From Fervidobacterium sp. (GTDB taxonomy: Bacteria > Thermotogota > Thermotogae > Thermotogales > Fervidobacteriaceae): 64,000 bases of DNA. The stretch spans positions 597,165-661,164 of the forward strand of contig JBMFNR010000001.1 in the NCBI GenBank assembly GCA_049970055.1, given 5' to 3'. The notes below the pieces were generated by a model. That model made no database searches. It had not been told where the DNA came from and worked only from the letters and a program-made list of their open reading frames with translations. This document shows, in pieces, positions 42,709 to 54,670 of the stretch (within the stretch, counting starts at the first letter, position 1; each line of letters begins with the position of its first letter). The position numbers were made by a program, and so were the translations under genes.

Positions 42709-44016
42709 ATGAAAAAAGTACTGTTAATTAGCATGATCATGGTAGTATCGATTTTAAGTGTTGCAGAAAAGGTAACGATAACCTATGTAAATTGGAACTT
42801 AGGACTTGATATCGAAAAGGCTATGGTCCAAGAGTTTATGAAACTTTACCCGAATATAGAAGTAAAAATAGTTACAGCTGAGGGCAACTATGAAGATTGG
42901 CTTATTGCACAAGCAGCGGCAGGAAAATTACCGGATGTTATAATGATTCCGAATATCCCAATGGCTTTAACAAATGATTGGGCACTTGACTTGACAAAAA
43001 TGGCATTGGCAGATCCTGAATGGAAAAATATACCTGCTCCTATTAGAAATGCGACAGTGTATAACAATAGGATTTACGCCGTACCAGCAGGTTTTTACTT
43101 TATGGGGTATTTTGTAAACGATGATCTATTTGATAAGTATAACGTTAAACCACTAAAATTCGCTCCCACATGGAACGAATTTTTGACAGCAGTCAAGAAA
43201 CTTACTATACCAAAAGATGGAATTATAGGCCTTGCTGAGGAAGTTCAAATTCCAGAATGGTACCCAGCGATGAAAAATCTTAGACTTGGATGGTACACAT
43301 GGGATGGGAAACAGTACAACCTTGATGATCCATCGTTCATCGAAGCAGTAAACATAGCAAAACAACTTTGGCAAGGTAAATATGTTTATGATGCCCTACC
43401 AGACGAACAAAAGAAACAATACAATGCAGGTTGGTACGGTGACGTCTGGAACCAAGGCAAGATAGCAATAAGGTGGTCAGGTACATGGGATACGCCATCC
43501 TTCTCAACATTACCGTTCAAGAGCAGATTCATTGGTGTACCGGGTGGAAGGATTCCAGTTGTGGGTGATTTCTTTGTTATTTCAAAGACAACGAAATATC
43601 CAAATGAAGCTTTCATGTTTGCAAAATTTGTAACGTATGGCAAGGAAGGTATACTCAAGAGATTAGAGCTCGATAAGAAAAACGAATGGTCCTCGATGCC
43701 ACTTACAACAGAAAAGGCAGTTGTTGAAAAATACTTTTCAGTCAAAAAGTTATACCCGGGACTTGACGAAGCATACGCAAAAGTTTCTTCTGGAATAATT
43801 GAAGGTGTCAAGATTGTTCCGGGATATATACAATCAAGGTGGACAGCACCAACAGGTATCAAGGTCGGAGACAATCCAAATGCTAATATTGGAGATGTTA
43901 TTTGGAACGCAATGAGAGGTCCCGTTAACATTGCAGACTATGCGAAACAACTTAACAAAATCGCCAATGAACAGTATCAAAATGCAATAAAGAAGATCTC
44001 GATAATGACAAAGTAA
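42709..44016 (+). CDS. Sugar ABC substrate-binding protein
   Basis: Signal peptide, YPNIEV, LPDVI, RIYAVP. Confidence 0.9.
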   Translation: MKKVLLISMIMVVSILSVAEKVTITYVNWNLGLDIEKAMVQEFMKLYPNIEVKIVTAEGNYEDWLIAQAAAGKLPDVIMIPNIPMALTNDWALDLTKMALADPEWKNIPAPIRNATVYNNRIYAVPAGFYFMGYFVNDDLFDKYNVKPLKFAPTWNEFLTAVKKLTIPKDGIIGLAEEVQIPEWYPAMKNLRLGWYTWDGKQYNLDDPSFIEAVNIAKQLWQGKYVYDALPDEQKKQYNAGWYGDVWNQGKIAIRWSGTWDTPSFSTLPFKSRFIGVPGGRIPVVGDFFVISKTTKYPNEAFMFAKFVTYGKEGILKRLELDKKNEWSSMPLTTEKAVVEKYFSVKKLYPGLDEAYAKVSSGIIEGVKIVPGYIQSRWTAPTGIKVGDNPNANIGDVIWNAMRGPVNIADYAKQLNKIANEQYQNAIKKISIMTK

Positions 44017-44057
44017 CGAGTACCCAAGGATGGGTATAGTATTGGAGGCTTAAGGTT

Positions 44058-46895
44058 TTGAAAAAAGTTATATTTTTGACTTTTGCCCTGATAGTTACCG
44101 TAATTTTCTCTTTACCTGTTGAGTATTCTGAATATTTCAAGAGTATATCTAAAATTTCATTATCTGGGGAGATCCTCTGGAACTCTCCCCGGATTTTTCT
44201 TGAATTAAAACCAGGTGAATCAGTCGAGTTCAATGTATCTGCAAAGGAGAGCGGATATTGGAATTTGAGAATGGATTATCAGGTTCTATCCGAACAAGTG
44301 TTTCCACCGGAGGTCTCCATTAAAATCAACAATGAATATCCATTTTTGCAAGCTCAGTCGATACCATTGCTCCAATATTGGGAATACGATACATATAACT
44401 TTCCAAAGAACAGATTTGGAGATGAAATGGTTCCCACTCAACATGTTGTAAACCAGCCAGTTTCTTACGTGCTAGAAGAGCCTACAAAGATTTACAAATA
44501 TCCACTCTTATTTAGGTTAAAGCAAGGTGAGAATAGGGTAAAAATAACAGTGAATTCTGGAAAAATAAGACTTTTGAAAGTGTCATTTGAAAGGCCAAAA
44601 GCTTTGAAAAAATATGTAAAAAATGTAAAAAACGAGAAATATGTCAGTACAACTTTAATTAAAATCGATGCAGAAAAGCCGTATATGAAAAGTGAAACAT
44701 CGATAAATTCAACTTCGATGCGTGATGTTAGTGTTCTCCCATACGACACATACAAATTATTTCTCAACACTTTTGGAGGGAATAGTTGGGCATACCCTGG
44801 GCAAACGGTTGTTTATGAATTCAACGTCAAACGAGATGGTTACTACAAAATAGCCTTCAAGTACAAGCAAGACTTAAAGCCTAATAGCGTTTCATTTAGA
44901 ACGATTAAAATTGACGGAAACATACTATTCGAAGGTCTTGAAGCGGTACGTTTCCCATACACGGATAAATGGAAAATAGAAAACATAAAGGTAATCAATG
45001 AAAATAGCTCGATTGATGATGCGTATTTTTATTTTCGAAAAGGTTCACATACCATTGAAATTAGTGTAAGTGCCTCAGTTTACCAAGATGTTCTGCTTTC
45101 TCTAAGAGAAATAATGGACTATGTAAGTGATTTGGCTTTAAGAATCAAGTACATAACTGGTGGAGAGAGCGATAAGCTTACCGAATGGGAGATAAGAGAT
45201 TACTTTCCAGATATTGATAAAGTCCTCAATGGCTTCATAAATAAACTTGAAAAGATTAAGAAGGATATTCGAAATATCAACGGTAACTCTTCTACCTCGG
45301 AGTACATTTCAATCGATGTTGCCGAAATAATATTGAAAAGATTAGCTAAAAATGTTAATGCTATCCCAAACAAATTGGATACTCTAGTTGGCGGTACTGG
45401 TTCTGTGATGTCAGAGCTTAGTAATGCTTACAACGGATTGAAAGAAATGCCGCTACTTTTAGATGAAGTATATGTATATCAAGGGCCGACGCTTGAAAAG
45501 ACGATTAATCCGCCGATATTTAAAATCTTTTGGGAAGGCGTTAAAAGATTCATCGGGTCATTTAGGAAGCAAACGTTCAATGTCAAAGACACTCGTTCAA
45601 AGAAAGTTATTAATGTTTGGGTTAATAGACCAAGACAATACGTTGATATATTACAACAGTTGATAGATAAGGAATTCACACCTAAAACTGGCGTTTTTGT
45701 TAACTTGTCAATCATGCGTGATGAACAGAAGTTGATTCTCTCGAACGCGGCAAAAAAATCTCCAGATGTGGCTCTGGGTATAAGCAATTGGATACCTTTT
45801 GAAATGGGTATCAGAGGCGCTGCCCTCGATTTAACAAGATTTAGTGATTTCAAAGATTTTTTAATTAATTTCCATCCTGGCTCGCTTCTTCCTTATTTTT
45901 ACGAGGATCATTGCTATGGTTTACCGGAGACAATTGATTTTTACGTTTTGTTTTACAGAAAGGATATCATGAACTATCTGAAAATTCCAGTTCCTCAAAC
46001 GTGGGATGATGTGAAATTAATTCTACCAGAGCTTCAAAGAAATGGAATGAACTTCTACATACCTCTTGGTGGGTCAACTTCTTTCAAAGCTTGGATGACA
46101 ACGGCACCATTCATAATGCAGTACCATGGCAAACTTTTTACAGACGATGGGCTAAAAACTGCGATAGATAGCCCGGAAACACTTAGAGCTTTCAAAGAAA
46201 TGACTGAATTGTTTACCATGTACGGAATGCCCATCCAAGTGGCTAATTTTTTTGAGAGTTTTAGAAAAGGAGAGATTCCAATCGGTGTTAGCAACATTAC
46301 AACGTACATTCAGTTGAATATTGCGGCTCCTGAATTGACAGGTCGTTGGACAATAGTACCTTCCCCCGGTGTTAGGTATGGACAAGTTATCGAAAGATGG
46401 CAGACAGGTTCCGCGCAGGCTGTTACTATATTCAACGACACGAAATATCCGATGGAAACGTGGAAATTTATAAAATGGTGGCTTTCAAAAGAAACACAAA
46501 GCGCTTTTGTAAACCAGGTTGTAAGTACGTATGGTATGGAATATCTCTTTATTCCATCAAATAGATATGTCATTGATGATGTACCACTTAAAAGAGAGGA
46601 TCTCGAGGCGGTAAAAGAGCAATTCAAATGGTTACAAGAGGTTCCAAAGATGCCTGCAAGTTACGTACTAGAGAGGGAAATAAGCAGCATTTGGAACAAA
46701 GTGGTACTTGAGGGTAAAGTATTAAGAGTTGCAGTTGATGATGCCGTAACAACGATCAACAAGGAATTTGCAAGAAAACTTGAAGAATTTGGATATTATA
46801 AAGATGGTAAACCTGTAAAGTCCTTTAAAATCTATTCTTTGGAGGACGTATTGGAACTTTACAAAAAGAAGAGTATGGAAGGTGCAAAGAGATGA
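44058..46895 (+). CDS. Large (945 aa) substrate-binding protein with N-terminal CBM-like beta-sandwich domains
   Basis: Two beta-sandwich repeats (GYWNLRMDY / GYYKIAFKY), a helical linker, and a C-terminal family-1 SBP (FTPKTGV, YGLPET, LFYRKD, PQTWDD). Confidence 0.8.
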   Translation: MKKVIFLTFALIVTVIFSLPVEYSEYFKSISKISLSGEILWNSPRIFLELKPGESVEFNVSAKESGYWNLRMDYQVLSEQVFPPEVSIKINNEYPFLQAQSIPLLQYWEYDTYNFPKNRFGDEMVPTQHVVNQPVSYVLEEPTKIYKYPLLFRLKQGENRVKITVNSGKIRLLKVSFERPKALKKYVKNVKNEKYVSTTLIKIDAEKPYMKSETSINSTSMRDVSVLPYDTYKLFLNTFGGNSWAYPGQTVVYEFNVKRDGYYKIAFKYKQDLKPNSVSFRTIKIDGNILFEGLEAVRFPYTDKWKIENIKVINENSSIDDAYFYFRKGSHTIEISVSASVYQDVLLSLREIMDYVSDLALRIKYITGGESDKLTEWEIRDYFPDIDKVLNGFINKLEKIKKDIRNINGNSSTSEYISIDVAEIILKRLAKNVNAIPNKLDTLVGGTGSVMSELSNAYNGLKEMPLLLDEVYVYQGPTLEKTINPPIFKIFWEGVKRFIGSFRKQTFNVKDTRSKKVINVWVNRPRQYVDILQQLIDKEFTPKTGVFVNLSIMRDEQKLILSNAAKKSPDVALGISNWIPFEMGIRGAALDLTRFSDFKDFLINFHPGSLLPYFYEDHCYGLPETIDFYVLFYRKDIMNYLKIPVPQTWDDVKLILPELQRNGMNFYIPLGGSTSFKAWMTTAPFIMQYHGKLFTDDGLKTAIDSPETLRAFKEMTELFTMYGMPIQVANFFESFRKGEIPIGVSNITTYIQLNIAAPELTGRWTIVPSPGVRYGQVIERWQTGSAQAVTIFNDTKYPMETWKFIKWWLSKETQSAFVNQVVSTYGMEYLFIPSNRYVIDDVPLKREDLEAVKEQFKWLQEVPKMPASYVLEREISSIWNKVVLEGKVLRVAVDDAVTTINKEFARKLEEFGYYKDGKPVKSFKIYSLEDVLELYKKKSMEGAKR

Positions 46896-47779
46896 AAAAA
46901 TACGAACGAAGGTGGATAATAACATTTTTGTCACCGTATATAATTTTGTTTTCCGTATTCATCATTGTGCCAACTGTACTTGCCGTTCTTTTGTCTTTCA
47001 CAAATTTCAACACGATACAATTTCCGAAATTTGTTGGCCTTAAGAACTATATAACACTCTTCACAACCGATAGTGTTTTTATGCAATATGTACTACCAAA
47101 TACCGTAAAATTTGCTCTTCTAGTTGGACCATTTGGATACTTTCTGGCTTTTATCTTAGCTTGGATGCTTGCTCAGATTCCAAGAGTGCCAAGAACAGTA
47201 CTTTCACTTATCATATACTCTCCTTCGATGACTGTTGGTGTAGCAATGCAATTCATTTGGTTAACAATATTCAGTGGTGACAAGTCAGGTTACCTTAACA
47301 GTCTTTTGTTGAGACTTGGAATCATAGATCAACCGATACAGTGGTTGCAATCACCAAGATTTTTGTTCCCAACGATGGTGATTGTGACATTATGGAGCAG
47401 TATGGGGGTAGGGTTCCTTGCCATGCTTGCGGGTGTTCTAAACACAGATCCAGAGATTTATGAAGCAGGATACATAGATGGAATTTCAAAAAGGTGGCAG
47501 GAGATATTTTATATAACTATACCAATGATGAAACCCCAAATGTTATTTGGTGCTGTCATGTCAGTAGTTTCAACGTTCCAGGCAGGATACATCGGTGTGA
47601 TGCTTTCTGGATCAAATCCAACACCTCAGTATTCTGGACAATTGATAGTCAATCATATAGAAGATTTCGGTTTCATGCGTTACGAGATGGGGTATGCTGC
47701 TGCAATCTCTGTTGTGTTGCTCATAATGATATGGCTCTCTTCAAAATTTGTTTGGGCACTCTTTTTGGATAGAGATTGA
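46892..47779 (+). CDS. Carbohydrate ABC permease (MalF-like)
   Basis: FVGLKNY, EAA-like loop YEAGYIDG. Confidence 0.93.
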   Translation: MKKYERRWIITFLSPYIILFSVFIIVPTVLAVLLSFTNFNTIQFPKFVGLKNYITLFTTDSVFMQYVLPNTVKFALLVGPFGYFLAFILAWMLAQIPRVPRTVLSLIIYSPSMTVGVAMQFIWLTIFSGDKSGYLNSLLLRLGIIDQPIQWLQSPRFLFPTMVIVTLWSSMGVGFLAMLAGVLNTDPEIYEAGYIDGISKRWQEIFYITIPMMKPQMLFGAVMSVVSTFQAGYIGVMLSGSNPTPQYSGQLIVNHIEDFGFMRYEMGYAAAISVVLLIMIWLSSKFVWALFLDRD

Positions 47780-47813
47780 GTGCAAACTATACCTAAGAAA
47801 GAGGTGTTCAGTT

Positions 47814-48683
47814 ATGTCCTTCAAAGGTACAAAAATAAATCCAGAAAAATTTGACAAAAGTCAACTGAAGTTTTACTTTGTGCTAATACCACTGGCAATA
47901 TTTATGGGATTACCTTTAATCTTCATATTCTCAAATGCATTTAAACCTTACAACGAGTTATTCGCATTCCCACCACATATATTTGTAAGGCACCCAACTC
48001 TTCAAAATTTTAAAGTCTTATTCAATACAATGACACTTTCGGGTATACCTGTTAGCAGATACTTATTTAACAGTGCGGTAATATCAATTGTTGTTGTGTT
48101 TCTTTCGATTTTCGTAAGCACGGCAGCAGGTTACATATTATCCAAAAAGAACTTTAAGCTGAAAAAAATAATATTTGAGATAAACACTTTAGCTTTGATG
48201 TTTGTACCTATTTCGGTTTCAATACCACGGTACATCATTATAGCTAAACTTGGTCTTATTGATAACTTCCTTGCGCATATCTTACCTGTGCTAGCTATGC
48301 CCGTTGGGTTGTTTCTTGTAAAACAATTCATCGATCAAATACCTGACTCTCTTATAGAAGCTGCAAAGATTGACGGGGCAAGCGACTGCTTCATATATTG
48401 GAAGATAATACTTCCACTAACAAAGCCCGCTGTTGCTACCGTTGCTATACTCGCCTTTCAGACTGCTTGGAATAGTACAGAAGCTTCGATGCTATATATA
48501 AATGATGAAAGCTTGAAAAATTTTGCTTATTATATGTCCACACTCAGTGGTGCTTCCGGTTCAATTGCAGGTGCTGGTATTGCTGCAGCTGCCGCCGCAA
48601 TAATGTTCTTACCAAATTTAGTGATTTTCATATTCACGCAGAGCAAGGTTATGAATACTATGGCACATTCAGGGATAAAATGA
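47814..48683 (+). CDS. Carbohydrate ABC permease (MalG-like)
   Basis: IEAAKIDGA. Confidence 0.93.
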   Translation: MSFKGTKINPEKFDKSQLKFYFVLIPLAIFMGLPLIFIFSNAFKPYNELFAFPPHIFVRHPTLQNFKVLFNTMTLSGIPVSRYLFNSAVISIVVVFLSIFVSTAAGYILSKKNFKLKKIIFEINTLALMFVPISVSIPRYIIIAKLGLIDNFLAHILPVLAMPVGLFLVKQFIDQIPDSLIEAAKIDGASDCFIYWKIILPLTKPAVATVAILAFQTAWNSTEASMLYINDESLKNFAYYMSTLSGASGSIAGAGIAAAAAAIMFLPNLVIFIFTQSKVMNTMAHSGIK

Positions 48684-48722
48684 GCTAATATTTAAAATTA
48701 CAAAATTACAAGGAGTGTAAGT

Positions 48723-50738
48723 ATGTTTAGAGTATCTCCCAAAAAATCGATTTTTCTAATCTTACTAATTTCAGTATCTTTACTTTCGTATGCACCGTAT
48801 TACACCTATACGGTTGGAATAGACAAATCACTCGTTAGAATTCAAAATGGATACGAACCAATCAAAAAAATACACTTTAACACAGGAACACTAACAGATG
48901 TTTTTTACAAAGATGGAAAATTGTATCTTGCAGATGGTAACAACGCAGTTGTATACATTATGGAAAAGAACGCGGGAAATTTTGAATATGAAATCGTTCA
49001 AAAAATAGGGGAAGGTATTTTAGTTGGTCCATCTGGCATGCATGTTGATGACGATGGAAATATCTATGTTGCAGATTCTTGGGCTCAGGCTGTTTACAAA
49101 TTTTCAAAAACGGGCGAGTTATTACTAACTATAACTAAACCAGATTCACCGATTTATGGAAAAGTAAATGATTTTGTCCCACTAAAGGTCGCTTCCGATA
49201 AAAGGGGAAATATATACGTGGTCTGTCAAGGGGTTACAAATGGTTTAGTAGTTTTTAATAGGTACGGCAATTTCTTGAGCTTTTTCGGAGCCAATAGACC
49301 TAAGGTCACATTAAGGATGATTTTACAAAGGATTCTTTTTACAGAATCACAAAAGGCACAGTTGCTGAAAATTAGACCACCATCACCCACAAGTTTAGCA
49401 GTGGATAACACAAACGTTGTCTGGACTGTAACTCAAGGATTGATGGAAGATGCTGTAAAGAGATTTAACGTGGCCGGCGTTAACATATATCCTTCTCTGG
49501 ATTTTTCGTCCGATAACTTCGTGGATATTGATATTGATAAACTTGGTGATGTTTTCGCTCTCACTTCGAATGGACTTATTTACGTTTACGATAGCCTTGG
49601 TAACTTGATTTTTCTCTTCGGCGGTCAGAATTTTTATGAGAACAGACTTGGTCTTTTTAGAACACCCGTAGCGATTAGTGTCACAGATGATGGTGATATC
49701 TATGTTCTTGATAAGGAAGATTCTTCGTTGATTTTTTTAAAAAAGACAAACTTTGGTAATATTGTACTTAAAGGTGTTCACTTGTACAATCAAGGTTTGT
49801 ACCTTGAAGGTGAAAAAATATGGCGGGATATACTGAAGATAAATTCTGCATTTGTTCTCACATATAAAGTACTCGGAAATATAGAATTTAAGAAGGGGAA
49901 CTATTCAAAAGCTTTTGAATATTTCAAAATTGCACAAGATTCGAAAGGTTACTCTGATGCTTTCTGGTACGTTAGAAATGAATGGCTTCAAAAGACAGTT
50001 GGAGTGGTATTCCTAGCCCTTGTACTCATTGCAATAATTGATTTGATTAGAACAGTAATAAAAATGAGAACTAAAAAAACAAAGATAGTTAATAAAGGCG
50101 AACCTAGGGGATGGAAGGGTCAATTTTACTATTCATTGCTTTTCTTGAGAAACCCATTTGACGCAGTTTACGAGATGAAGAGAAAAGATAGGGTATCATA
50201 TTTGACTGGGATTGGTCTTTACGGACTGCTTTACGTTGAAAACATCGTCATAAAACTAGTTAGCTCACCTTTGTTTGTCGAGTTTAATGCAAAGAGAATA
50301 AATTTTATGGAACTGTTTTTCGATACATATAAGTTTTTCTTTTTATTTGTTTTGTCAAACTACCTTGTCAGTGAGATCTCTGAAGGGGAGGGACGATTCA
50401 AAGATATATTCATCGGTACAGTAGAAGCATTCTTACCGTATATCATATTTTCAGTTCCGCTTGCCTTGATTAGCAACTTCTTAACATTGAACGAAGCTTT
50501 TGTGTACAAATTTGGGATGCAAGTAATTTGGGCGTGGTCAATTGTCTGGCTAATTATTATTATTGCACAGGTGCATAACTTTTCGTTTTCACAAACTGTT
50601 AAAAATCTGTTTTTGACGCTCTTTGCAATGCTCCTTATTACGATATTAATTATGATTGTGTTCGTGCTTGTGAAGGAGGAAATTTCGTTTTTCACTACTT
50701 TGTTTGAGGAGTTGATTTTTCGTGCTAAGGCTGGGTAA
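48723..50738 (+). CDS. NHL beta-propeller + TPR + Yip1-domain membrane protein
   Basis: NHL repeats (GNIYVADS, GNIYVV, GDIYVLD), TPR-like helices, C-terminal five-TM Yip1-like region. Confidence 0.75.
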   Translation: MFRVSPKKSIFLILLISVSLLSYAPYYTYTVGIDKSLVRIQNGYEPIKKIHFNTGTLTDVFYKDGKLYLADGNNAVVYIMEKNAGNFEYEIVQKIGEGILVGPSGMHVDDDGNIYVADSWAQAVYKFSKTGELLLTITKPDSPIYGKVNDFVPLKVASDKRGNIYVVCQGVTNGLVVFNRYGNFLSFFGANRPKVTLRMILQRILFTESQKAQLLKIRPPSPTSLAVDNTNVVWTVTQGLMEDAVKRFNVAGVNIYPSLDFSSDNFVDIDIDKLGDVFALTSNGLIYVYDSLGNLIFLFGGQNFYENRLGLFRTPVAISVTDDGDIYVLDKEDSSLIFLKKTNFGNIVLKGVHLYNQGLYLEGEKIWRDILKINSAFVLTYKVLGNIEFKKGNYSKAFEYFKIAQDSKGYSDAFWYVRNEWLQKTVGVVFLALVLIAIIDLIRTVIKMRTKKTKIVNKGEPRGWKGQFYYSLLFLRNPFDAVYEMKRKDRVSYLTGIGLYGLLYVENIVIKLVSSPLFVEFNAKRINFMELFFDTYKFFFLFVLSNYLVSEISEGEGRFKDIFIGTVEAFLPYIIFSVPLALISNFLTLNEAFVYKFGMQVIWAWSIVWLIIIIAQVHNFSFSQTVKNLFLTLFAMLLITILIMIVFVLVKEEISFFTTLFEELIFRAKAG

Positions 50739-52866
50739 GTTAGATTCGAAATTAGTAGTGTTTCTGATAAAGTTAGCTATTGTGATAGTACTTTTTTTTG
50801 CTTTGTATAACTTGTTCATTAGTACTCAGGAATTTAGCAATGTGACTGTCAAAAGTCACATTGAGAAAGGTTACGTTTTTAAAGTTCCGAATTATGATAA
50901 AGTTGTGCGTACAAAAAATTTGGACTTTTATGTTGATACAAAAACACTCGCTTTAAAAATATACGACAGAAGGAGCAATTTTACATGGAAAAGCGTCATT
51001 GAGAGTGAAGATAATGATATAAATGAAACTTGGAACATGTTTTTTAATTCGTCTATAACTATAGAATTTTTTGACGAAACTGGAAATATACGAAGGATTT
51101 ACTCTTCACGCGACGCAAACATTAAAATAAAAGAAATAAATGGCAGTAGGCTGCGAGTGAATATGACATTTAATGATATAGCAAGCCTAGATATTGCTTT
51201 AACTTTTGGTGATGAGTACTTTGATATTCGTGTGGACAAAATATTGGAAGGTCCATATAAATTAATGAGTCTTTATACATATCCGTTTCTTGGTGGATCG
51301 AAGGGCTTAGTTGACGGTAAATACATCCTTGCAGATGGAGTAGGAGCGTTAATTGATCTTTCGAAGGTAAATACAGCCACTGCGCCATTTAAAATGAGAG
51401 TTTACGGTGAAGATGAGGGTGTCAAAGAAGTACTGCCGTATTCTTATTATAGAAATATAAGAAGTGCGGAGAACTATGCTATTCCGATGTACGGTGTTCT
51501 GTATGCAAATAACGGCATGCTTGCTATTATAAAGGATAAGGATCTGTATTCCGAAATAAATGCCTACAAAAGTAATATAATGACACCATATAACTGGATT
51601 ACAAATCGTTTTATACTTAGAGACCTGCACAAAAGACTCTTGAACAAAGAAGGACAAGGGATAACCATCCCACAAGAAAGGATAAATACACTTAATCCTA
51701 CAATGAGATACTATTTTGTAACTAATGCAAACGAGTATAAATTGGCAAGAAAATTCGTTGAAGATAACAAAGCGGTTCAGAAAATTTTTGATTCCAAACC
51801 CTTGTTAAAATTCGATATATTAATGGCGGAAGCGAAGAAAACATCTTTTGGATATAATCTTGTCAAAATGACAACGCAACGACAGCTTGAAGAGATACAA
51901 AAGGAACTACTGGCAAATTCAGTCGAAGGAATTTTTGTTCTAAGAGGTTACACTAAGGGAGGATATTCAATAAGTTCACCTGTTCACTTACCTTTCGAAA
52001 GAAGCGTAATTGCCAGTCCTAGTGAGCTTAGTAGGTATTATTTCTACGTTGATTACGTGACAGCACCGAAGGAGTCTAAAAGTCTCAGCAACTCACTGAT
52101 AGCTCAAAATAAATTGGAACAATTGATGGAACAATACGGAAAGTACATTTTGAATGATAAAGTTGTTAACATAGCCCGGAGCGAAAAAAATAAATTTTTG
52201 AAGTACGGTATAAATAAATTCGCTCTTGGTAGCATAGGCTTTTGGCTTTACTCTACAAAAGACAGCGAACGACTGGATACACTCAGCGCATACTCAAAAA
52301 TAATGGAGAATTTCAAAGATTCAATAATTTTCGGAAATAACTGGTATGTTGTTAAGTATGCGCACTTTCTTTCTGATGTATCGATGGAAAATTCGGGATA
52401 CGAAATTGAAGATGACCTGATACCGATTGTACCTTACATCCTTAGACAATTCCGTATAATATTTTCCAACCCAGTAAATCTTTCATCTGACTATAGATTG
52501 CAGGTATTAAAGTGTGTAGAATACGGTGTGCTTCCATCATTTTATCTCACATGGAATAGTTCAAAAGAGCTTATAGAAACAAATTCAAAAGATCTGTTTT
52601 CAACAAAGTTCGAAGATTGGAAAGATAACATCATTGATTCCTGCAATATCATTAAGAATGCTTACAAAATAACCCAAGGTTCACCTGTAAGTAGCAGGAC
52701 AAAGGTTTTGGATAATGTGTATTTGGTTGAGTACGAAAATGGTGCAAAGTTGATTTTTAACTATAATAAAGAACCTGCAAAAATTGGCACAACGGAAATT
52801 GAACCAGAGAGTTTTATAGAGGTGAAAAATTATGAAAATGCGTTTGAAAACACGCGAAGCAATTAA
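50722..52866 (+). CDS. DUF5696-like membrane-anchored extracytoplasmic protein
   Basis: N-terminal TM; YILADGVGALI, PMYG, LKCVEYGVLPSF, VEYENG..LIFNY pattern; typical position after the NHL/Yip1 gene. Confidence 0.65.
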   Translation: MLRLGKLDSKLVVFLIKLAIVIVLFFALYNLFISTQEFSNVTVKSHIEKGYVFKVPNYDKVVRTKNLDFYVDTKTLALKIYDRRSNFTWKSVIESEDNDINETWNMFFNSSITIEFFDETGNIRRIYSSRDANIKIKEINGSRLRVNMTFNDIASLDIALTFGDEYFDIRVDKILEGPYKLMSLYTYPFLGGSKGLVDGKYILADGVGALIDLSKVNTATAPFKMRVYGEDEGVKEVLPYSYYRNIRSAENYAIPMYGVLYANNGMLAIIKDKDLYSEINAYKSNIMTPYNWITNRFILRDLHKRLLNKEGQGITIPQERINTLNPTMRYYFVTNANEYKLARKFVEDNKAVQKIFDSKPLLKFDILMAEAKKTSFGYNLVKMTTQRQLEEIQKELLANSVEGIFVLRGYTKGGYSISSPVHLPFERSVIASPSELSRYYFYVDYVTAPKESKSLSNSLIAQNKLEQLMEQYGKYILNDKVVNIARSEKNKFLKYGINKFALGSIGFWLYSTKDSERLDTLSAYSKIMENFKDSIIFGNNWYVVKYAHFLSDVSMENSGYEIEDDLIPIVPYILRQFRIIFSNPVNLSSDYRLQVLKCVEYGVLPSFYLTWNSSKELIETNSKDLFSTKFEDWKDNIIDSCNIIKNAYKITQGSPVSSRTKVLDNVYLVEYENGAKLIFNYNKEPAKIGTTEIEPESFIEVKNYENAFENTRSN

Positions 52867-53692
52867 TGGCTTAATATTCATTTCGCCGTGGCTTGTGGGA
52901 TTTCTAATTTTTACGCTTGTTCCTTTAATAAGAACATTTACATTTAGCTTAAACGAAGTTAAAGTTACGGCGGAAGGTATCAGAACGTTCTTTGTTGGTT
53001 TGAAAAACTACAAGGACGCGTTTTTAACAGATGTAAGTTACCCACAACTTCTTGTAGATTACTTTATTCAGATGATAATTTATGTGCCCATCATTGTCTC
53101 CTTCGCAATGATAATGTCTTTGCTTTTAAATGTTGATATAAAAGGTCGAAGTATCTTTCGAACTATATATTTTCTACCTGTGATAATCGCTAGTGGACCT
53201 GTTTTTAACAAATTAGCGAGCAAGGGTGCTATGACATTCGAAGGATTAACTAATTTCCAGCTTATAAGAAATATCCAGTCTGGTTTGCCAACAGTACTTT
53301 CAAAAGCTTTAGACATGTTTCTATCAGGTTTCATAATGATTCTTTGGTTTTCTGGTGTTCAAATACTAATATACCTTGCGGGCTTACAGAAAATTGATAA
53401 AAGTATCTACGAAGCTGCAAGGATAGATGGTGCGTCAAAATGGCAATTACTTTGGAAAATTACGATGCCTGTACTTGCTCCGTTAACCTTTGTAAATATC
53501 ATATATACGATAGTAACAATCTCAACATTTGCGACAAGTCCAATTATTCAAAAAATTCTCGTAGATATGTATAGGCCTGAAAGAGGTTTGGGTTATGCTT
53601 CTGCTCTTTCTTGGATATACTTTCTTGCAATGTTAATTGTGATAGGTATGTTTGCTTTGATTAGTGTTATATATAGTAAAAGAGTTAGGTAA
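52832..53692 (+). CDS. Carbohydrate ABC permease (MalF-like)
   Basis: FISPWLVGF, YEAARIDGA. Confidence 0.93.
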   Translation: MKMRLKTREAINGLIFISPWLVGFLIFTLVPLIRTFTFSLNEVKVTAEGIRTFFVGLKNYKDAFLTDVSYPQLLVDYFIQMIIYVPIIVSFAMIMSLLLNVDIKGRSIFRTIYFLPVIIASGPVFNKLASKGAMTFEGLTNFQLIRNIQSGLPTVLSKALDMFLSGFIMILWFSGVQILIYLAGLQKIDKSIYEAARIDGASKWQLLWKITMPVLAPLTFVNIIYTIVTISTFATSPIIQKILVDMYRPERGLGYASALSWIYFLAMLIVIGMFALISVIYSKRVR

Positions 53693-53708
53693 CGAGAGGG
53701 GAACTTAC

Positions 53709-54644
53709 ATGGTCAAAAAAGTGAACAAGAAGAATCTCATGAGGTTATATAAAATCCAAAAGACAACAAAAAATGCAACTGAAATTACTGCCGTGTACTT
53801 CATGCTCTTACTTATTGGGTTTGTTTTCATCTATCCGATAATATTTATGCTGTCGTACAGTTTTATGGATACAGCTGATCTTGTAAATCCCTTAGTCAAG
53901 TGGATACCTACAAAGTTATACACCGGGAATTACAAGGATGCGATGGTGGTTCTTGATTACGGAAAAACGTTAATTCAAACTCTTATAGTCACATTAATTC
54001 CAGCAACTTTGCAAACTCTCTCAGCTTCGATTGTTGGTTACGGATTCTCGAGGTTCAAATTTCCAGGCAAGAATGCATTACTTGCGATGGCTCTTTCAAC
54101 ATTTATCATACCACCACAAGTAACTGTGATTCCTCAATTTCTTATGTTCAGGGACTTAAACCTTCTTGGTACGATCTGGTCTTTGATTATTCCTGCAACG
54201 TTTACTCAGGGAATAAGAAGCGCAATATTTATAATCATCTTTTATCAATTTTTCAACATGTTTCCAAAATCTCTTGAGGAAGCGGCAAAAATCGATGGTG
54301 CATCAACGTTCACTGTATTTACAAAAGTAGTGGCACCTTCTGCAGGGCCTGCTTACTTGATATCTTTCCTATTTTCACTTGTGTGGTACTGGAACGATAC
54401 CGTAATAACGGCGCTTTATTTAGGTGAGAGATGGACGACGTTGCCGTTACAACTCCAAAGGTTTGAAGATACATTTCGAAGAATCTATCAGTCGGTTTCT
54501 AATATGGCTTCTGGGAGGAGTATAAACGAGGCTATAGTAATGGCAGGTACACTTCTAACGATATTACCACTCCTTGTGATTTATTTCTTTGCGCAAGACT
54601 GGTTTGTTGAAAGTATTGATAGAACAGGAATTACAGGTGAGTGA
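53709..54644 (+). CDS. Carbohydrate ABC permease (MalG-like)
   Basis: LEEAAKIDGA, WYWND. Confidence 0.93.
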   Translation: MVKKVNKKNLMRLYKIQKTTKNATEITAVYFMLLLIGFVFIYPIIFMLSYSFMDTADLVNPLVKWIPTKLYTGNYKDAMVVLDYGKTLIQTLIVTLIPATLQTLSASIVGYGFSRFKFPGKNALLAMALSTFIIPPQVTVIPQFLMFRDLNLLGTIWSLIIPATFTQGIRSAIFIIIFYQFFNMFPKSLEEAAKIDGASTFTVFTKVVAPSAGPAYLISFLFSLVWYWNDTVITALYLGERWTTLPLQLQRFEDTFRRIYQSVSNMASGRSINEAIVMAGTLLTILPLLVIYFFAQDWFVESIDRTGITGE

Positions 54645-54670
54645 TTATGAATAAAAGGAGATGAACTATT

